A stretch of DNA of 64,000 nt from an uncultured virus (IMG/VR IMGVR_UViG_3300042890_004141) (taxonomy: Duplodnaviria; Heunggongvirae; Uroviricota; Caudoviricetes): positions 62,001 through 126,000 of the IMG/VR virus record IMGVR_UViG_3300042890_004141; one strand, given 5' to 3'. Below, piece by piece: positions 59,377-64,000 of the stretch. Numbering within the stretch: position 1 is the first letter of the stretch; each line of letters opens with the position of its first letter. Under the pieces are notes generated by a model. It was not told the origin of the DNA, ran no database searches, and worked only from the letters and a program-made list of their open reading frames with translations. The position numbers and the translations under genes were made by a program.

Positions 59377-60008
59377 TACCAAAATCCTGAAAAGTTTGAC
59401 TTTAATCCTAATAATTTAGCGTAGCGAGGTAAACGACAAGACCAATAAGATGCTTTAGTTCTATCTTTTTTGTTAGGACAATCATGTCTTTTAGAAAAAG
59501 CAGCTCTTGCTTTTGAATTATTTATTTTAGCTGATAAGCCTGAAGTATCACCAAAGGATACTTTTTTAATTTTACCTTTATCTTTTACATAAACATAAAA
59601 CTTTTTAGCTCCACCACGTTTTGGTTTACCAATTGGTGGGTCTTTTTTTTCTTCTTCTAGTTCCATATCTTCCATTATGAAATCTAATGGAACTTTTTTA
59701 TCTTCATAAATACCAAATTCACCTAAATGTGTTTCGGTTAATATAGCTAAATCATCACCTGAAAAATCTAAAATACCACGAGTGTATAATGTTCTCGCTT
59801 CAGCCCATAAATTAAAATAATTTGATGAACCAGCGCGGTATACATGCTCAGTAAGCGGTTTTTTATTGTCTATATGGTACTTTAATCCCTCAGACAATAT
59901 CTCTCGCGGAGCAACACTTTCGTTTAATATAGGCGCTTTAGTTGGCTTTGTCGCTGTACAACAATCCTTATTTTCTAAAGTTTCCCTAATTAACTGTTTT
60001 AAATTCAT
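59376..60008 (-). CDS. Probable internal head protein with a conserved basic C-terminal domain
   Basis: LKQLIRE leader; KKFYVYVK...KKVSFGD...ARAAFSKRHDC...ASYWSC. Confidence 0.65.
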   Translation of the reverse strand: MNLKQLIRETLENKDCCTATKPTKAPILNESVAPREILSEGLKYHIDNKKPLTEHVYRAGSSNYFNLWAEARTLYTRGILDFSGDDLAILTETHLGEFGIYEDKKVPLDFIMEDMELEEEKKDPPIGKPKRGGAKKFYVYVKDKGKIKKVSFGDTSGLSAKINNSKARAAFSKRHDCPNKKDRTKASYWSCRLPRYAKLLGLKSNFSGFW

Positions 60009-60019
60009 AGTTATAAATA

Positions 60020-60994
60020 TTACTTAAATAATTTAGGAAAATTCATTCCTAACTCTGATGAAGAAACATAAACACCATTTAATATTCTTTCATCATCTAT
60101 AGCATCCACTATAGCATCATTTATAGTATAAAATTTACCTTGTCCTGTTTCACTTACGTTTAATATAAATCCTATTTCTTTACCCATTCTTGGTTTTTTA
60201 AGAAGTTTAGTTTTTAGTATTCTTTTTAAAAGTTTAGCAGCACCTTCTTCAGCAGTAGCATCAGATGATAAACCTAATTTAGCATATAATGAATCAATAC
60301 GAGAATATAAAGGTTTAAACATTTCTACATCTCTTAATGCTTTATTTTTTTCAAGACTAGCCATAATAGAAAAAGCAGGAACAATATCTCTAGCTTTAAA
60401 GTTACCTGGATTGATTGTGATTTGTTTTGTTTCATCAAACTCACTAAATAATGTTAAAATACCAAATACTTTATTTAGTAAAGCTACATTTTCTTTATCA
60501 TTAGCAAATTTACCTAAAGTAATATTTGATGTATCATATGATTTAATTTCACATCCATACCCATCAATAGTTAAATCCGGGTCTTCACCTTTTCTTGAGT
60601 CAGTTACAGTGTGTGGTTTAGCATTATATTCAAAAGCCCAATAAGTAGCTATTTCTCCTTTACCAGCTCCCGCTGTTGGAACATCACTGTCTTTTTTTAA
60701 TGGTAAAATAGGATATAATTTAGACCAAATACCTTCATCTTCACCTTCTAAATTAAAATCAGTACCTAAAGTTAAAGAAGTTTTACAAGTTGGAATTGAT
60801 TCATTTTCTTGTAAACCTAAAGCTTTACGTATCCTTTGATCATAATCAGATTGAGCTTCATTAATATTTTTATCACCAGTAATATTTCCTATTAATTCAA
60901 ACAATAATCTTTTGTCCTTAGGATTACTGATATCAGGATATCCCTTATCAAATTTGTAACTGTATTTTTTAAAAAACAGATCTAGGGCATCCAT
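60020..60994 (-). CDS. Hypothetical protein with a PD-(D/E)XK nuclease-like motif
   Basis: GKGEIA...PDLTIDGYGCEIKSY. Confidence 0.5.
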   Translation of the reverse strand: MDALDLFFKKYSYKFDKGYPDISNPKDKRLLFELIGNITGDKNINEAQSDYDQRIRKALGLQENESIPTCKTSLTLGTDFNLEGEDEGIWSKLYPILPLKKDSDVPTAGAGKGEIATYWAFEYNAKPHTVTDSRKGEDPDLTIDGYGCEIKSYDTSNITLGKFANDKENVALLNKVFGILTLFSEFDETKQITINPGNFKARDIVPAFSIMASLEKNKALRDVEMFKPLYSRIDSLYAKLGLSSDATAEEGAAKLLKRILKTKLLKKPRMGKEIGFILNVSETGQGKFYTINDAIVDAIDDERILNGVYVSSSELGMNFPKLFK

Positions 60995-60995
60995 T

Positions 60996-61922
60996 TTATT
61001 TGAATTTTGTTTTAAGTTTATTTAAAAGTGGAGTTAATTTAGAACTAGATTTTAAAGTAGTATTCATACCATCAAAAATCATGTTTAAAACAGATTCTAA
61101 TTCATTGATATCATTTATACTACTTAAAGCAGTTTTACCAGCTGTGGCTAAATATTTACTTAAAGTAACTACTTCAGGTTTCCCAGTTTCTAACTCGTTT
61201 AATATTTGTTCTTTAATTAATTTTTTTAAGTCTGATTTTTTCATTTTGTTTTCTTTTATTAATTTTGTTGCTAATTTCCCTCCAGATTTAAGAGCGACAG
61301 CAAATGCTTCTATTAATGGTTTTAAAAAATTAAATATAATTTCAACTCCTTTTACAATAGGTTGTAAAAATCCTAAATACGATTGAAAATCTGTTAATTT
61401 CCCTAAAACGTCTGTTACGAATGTAGGTGAAAAGTATTTTGTTAAAAAATCTTTAACAGCATCAGGAGCTAAAGATTTTAATTTTTCTATAATAAAAGTT
61501 ATTATACTTCCTGCTGTAACTAAGGCCATAAATTTTTTCCAACCTTGTAAGGATTTAATTTTATCTATAAATTGTTTAATTTTTTCAATAAAAGAATCTA
61601 ATTTAATTTTTTTAAGAAAATCTGTAAGTGGTTGAATTAATTTTTCTACTCTTCTTTCTAATGGTTTTAAAAAATCATTTAGTAAATCTCCATTAGACAA
61701 TACCTTACCCATAACAACAGCTGCGTCTTTCCAATCTTTAATAGTTGTTATTACTTGATTAAATTTTTCTTTAGCAAAGGTTTTAATTGAATCTAAAAAT
61801 GATTCATATATTAATTGTTCGTGAATAATACGTAATCTTAAAGATTCATTTACATTAACTGATTCATTAAGAGGAATAGGAATACCTAAAGTAAAAGCAA
61901 TATGTTCTCTAGATATATTCAT
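60996..61922 (-). CDS. Hypothetical amphipathic helical protein
   Basis: Hydrophobic helices (FMALVTAGSIITFII); internal KKSDLKKLIKEQILNE motif. Confidence 0.55.
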   Translation of the reverse strand: MNISREHIAFTLGIPIPLNESVNVNESLRLRIIHEQLIYESFLDSIKTFAKEKFNQVITTIKDWKDAAVVMGKVLSNGDLLNDFLKPLERRVEKLIQPLTDFLKKIKLDSFIEKIKQFIDKIKSLQGWKKFMALVTAGSIITFIIEKLKSLAPDAVKDFLTKYFSPTFVTDVLGKLTDFQSYLGFLQPIVKGVEIIFNFLKPLIEAFAVALKSGGKLATKLIKENKMKKSDLKKLIKEQILNELETGKPEVVTLSKYLATAGKTALSSINDINELESVLNMIFDGMNTTLKSSSKLTPLLNKLKTKFK

Positions 61923-61924
61923 AA

Positions 61925-62395
61925 TTAAGCTTCAGCTGTTGTATCTTCTTCTGCTGCTGGTTCTTCGGTAGGTGTTTCTGCTGTTTCACCTTCAGCTCCT
62001 GGTTCTGTTTTTTCTTCAGTCATACCATAAGCTAAAACACGAGCAATAGCTTCTGTAGCTGATTCTTCTTCACTTAAATTTAATAAGTAATATTTTTTAC
62101 CTTCAATTTGTGCTACCCAACTTCTTGGAGAATAAGTTAACATAAAAGGTTCTCCATTTCCAAGTATAATTCTAAAAGTTGTTGGTTTAGGAGCGACCCA
62201 CTGAATATCTGTTACAAAAATCTCATATTGGTCTGTTAATAAATTAACAATAATATCTTTAAGTTCAGGGAATTTTTGTAATACAGGAAACTTAGGAGCG
62301 TCTAAAGAGATTGTGTCCTGAGCCTTTAATGTTTTAGGCTTATATACTTGTTGTACAAATACTTTGATCTTCTCTTTTAGTTCGTCTTTAGTCAT
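61925..62395 (-). CDS. Hypothetical protein
   Basis: WVAPKPTTFRIIL motif; acidic tail. Confidence 0.55.
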   Translation of the reverse strand: MTKDELKEKIKVFVQQVYKPKTLKAQDTISLDAPKFPVLQKFPELKDIIVNLLTDQYEIFVTDIQWVAPKPTTFRIILGNGEPFMLTYSPRSWVAQIEGKKYYLLNLSEEESATEAIARVLAYGMTEEKTEPGAEGETAETPTEEPAAEEDTTAEA

Positions 62396-62398
62396 TTT

Positions 62399-63871
62399 TT
62401 ATTTATTAGCATGATAAGCTTGTAAAGCATCTTCAGCGTCTTTTTTAGAATTATAAGTTTGAGGCCACATTTTACCTGTTTTACCAGATAAAACTCTCCA
62501 TTTACCTTTACTATCCTTTCTAATATTAGAGCCAGGCACTACATCCTCATCAATATAAGGTTTAGCTATTTTTTCAGCAGTTTCAATTTTATCATCATTC
62601 ATAGCTTTTCTAGCTTGTTTGATATTATTTTGATCCTCAGCTGATTTGTTTTTTGGGTCTTTTAAAGCTTTAGCAATTTTAGCTGCTAATTTATCTACTT
62701 TAGTTACTTCACCTTCCATCATTGGAGCTTCATTGTCTATCATATCTTCAGCACTAGCCACACCTACCATAGCATCAATAGCTGGTTCTTTTAATTCAAA
62801 GTCTAAGTAATGTTTAGCTGATACCATCATTTCTTGGGCTTTAGTAATTTTTGACTGCCACCAAGCAGGAAAATCAACCTCACCTTTACCTTCAAATCCA
62901 TCCACCATTTGGTATAATTCCATAGCGTATTTTCCAATACGATATAATTCAGCTTTAATCATATGTGGTTCGTCATCTTCATGACCTAAGTCAAGATCTT
63001 CTTTAAGTATGTCTAAATTTGTAAGTGTTTCTCTAAAATCAGGAACGCTTTCAATCCAACTTATTAAAGCTTCTTCACCTCCAGGATTATTTTCAAAAAA
63101 ATCTTCAAATGAATCATATCCAATAGCCTCAATATATGATTCTACATTAGTAGTACCATAATATCCTTCTTTAACACCTTTTGCTTTTTTAATAGCTTTA
63201 TCTTTAACACCTTTATATTCTTCTTCAGATGATTCTATTTCACCATCTCCATCATAATCTTTTGTAGCTTTTTTAGGATTTTTACCTTCACCCATCTCAG
63301 ATCTATAATCTTCATAAGTTTCAAGTAAACCTTTTATAGCATCTCTAAGACTTATATAATTTTTTGAAGGAGAAATATATGATTGAATATCTTCAACTGT
63401 GAATTGAGGAGTTTCAAAATATTTAATTAAATTATAATCATAATTTTTTCGCTCTTCAAGACTAAATCCTTCTGAAAAAATTAAATCATATAATAATAAT
63501 TTTTTATTTATATTTTCTAAAGTTTTTTTCGTCTTAAACTGGTGCATTAAGTCATTACTATCAATGATACCTTTCTTTTTTAATTCTTCTTTTCTTTTAG
63601 TAAAAAGATTATCAAAAAGTCCAGTTTCATCCATTGTAATAGGTTTAGAATTAGATTCCTGTTGTAAGGTTTTTCTAACGAGTTCTTTTAGTTTTTGTTG
63701 GTTCATTGATTCGGCTTGTTTTTTAGCTATGTTAATAGCTCTTCCATACATAACTGCTTCAGCGTCCTTACCATAACGTTTAACTAAAGAACGTTTTTCT
63801 TTTTTAAGATTTTTAAGAATTTTTGGAATTTTCTCTAGTTCGGTTTTGGTAAGGTGACGCTCGTTAAGCAT
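62399..63871 (-). CDS. Modular probable internal head protein
   Basis: Concatenated short modules separated by L/I/V-x-E sites; DYDGDGEIES, FPAWWQSKITKA, KKDAEDALQA. Confidence 0.55.
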   Translation of the reverse strand: MLNERHLTKTELEKIPKILKNLKKEKRSLVKRYGKDAEAVMYGRAINIAKKQAESMNQQKLKELVRKTLQQESNSKPITMDETGLFDNLFTKRKEELKKKGIIDSNDLMHQFKTKKTLENINKKLLLYDLIFSEGFSLEERKNYDYNLIKYFETPQFTVEDIQSYISPSKNYISLRDAIKGLLETYEDYRSEMGEGKNPKKATKDYDGDGEIESSEEEYKGVKDKAIKKAKGVKEGYYGTTNVESYIEAIGYDSFEDFFENNPGGEEALISWIESVPDFRETLTNLDILKEDLDLGHEDDEPHMIKAELYRIGKYAMELYQMVDGFEGKGEVDFPAWWQSKITKAQEMMVSAKHYLDFELKEPAIDAMVGVASAEDMIDNEAPMMEGEVTKVDKLAAKIAKALKDPKNKSAEDQNNIKQARKAMNDDKIETAEKIAKPYIDEDVVPGSNIRKDSKGKWRVLSGKTGKMWPQTYNSKKDAEDALQAYHANK

Positions 63872-63876
63872 AATTA

Positions 63877-64000
63877 TTATTTTTTATCTTCGTCGATAGA
63901 AGCTTTACGGTACTCAGTAACCAATTTCTTGATTTCACCTAATGCCTTACGGGCACGACCATGAGCTGCTTTAGTAGTTTTAGCATGTTCTGCCTTAAAC
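63877..64000 (-). CDS. Histone H1-like (Hc1-type) small DNA-binding protein, 3' part
   Basis: Manual translation FKAEHAKTTKAAHGRARKALGEIKKLVTEYRKASIDEDKK*; KAA..RARK...K....RK.S pattern. Confidence 0.65.
   Translation of the reverse strand, partial: FKAEHAKTTKAAHGRARKALGEIKKLVTEYRKASIDEDKK

Larger units (their letters stand above)
512..60021 (-). promoter_or_regulatory. Dispersed late-promoter-like motif (A)ATATTTAT(A) on the coding strand, about 19 copies
   Basis: Plus-strand (T)ATAAATAT at 512, 1582, 6951, 10194, 13692, 17163, 22212, 27219, 29848, 37396, 40734, 42040, 43706, 44833, 49398, 51020, 52952, 55641 and 60012, each 3-30 nt upstream of an ATG. Confidence 0.8.

Noticed and set aside
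1..64000. Stop-codon reassignment
   Set aside because: Core genes are intact and densely packed in the standard code; TGA and TAG both occur at plausible gene ends.
1..64000. tRNA or rRNA genes
   Set aside because: Intergenic gaps are short and none shows a cloverleaf or T-loop consensus.

Overview
A 64-kb, AT-rich segment of a large T4-superfamily-like (myovirus, probably jumbo) phage genome. All credible genes lie on the minus strand and read in the standard code. In transcription order (right to left) it contains: a partial Hc1-like gene and a cluster of probable internal head proteins; an FAD oxidoreductase, a P-loop kinase and two spanin-like membrane proteins; terminase, portal, prohead protease, scaffold and major capsid protein; an amidinotransferase, a PS-decarboxylase-like enzyme, a GIY-YIG endonuclease and PhoH; very large fibre proteins, two of them Gly-Ser-Thr triplet (collagen-like) proteins; neck and tail-completion genes; a glycosylation operon (GT4, GT2, a TibC/Aah-like protein O-heptosyltransferase, two methyltransferases); an array of LamG and glycine-rich receptor-binding proteins; and the start of the tail sheath. 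Promoter shape, absence of Shine-Dalgarno sequences, D-(S/T)-hydrophobic sequons and the Hc1-like gene suggest a Bacteroidota host (inference). The most interesting candidate system is phage-encoded O-glycosylation of Ser/Thr-saturated virion fibres. A conserved ATATTTAT(A) motif precedes about 19 genes. All family assignments are by eye from motifs; no database search was run.
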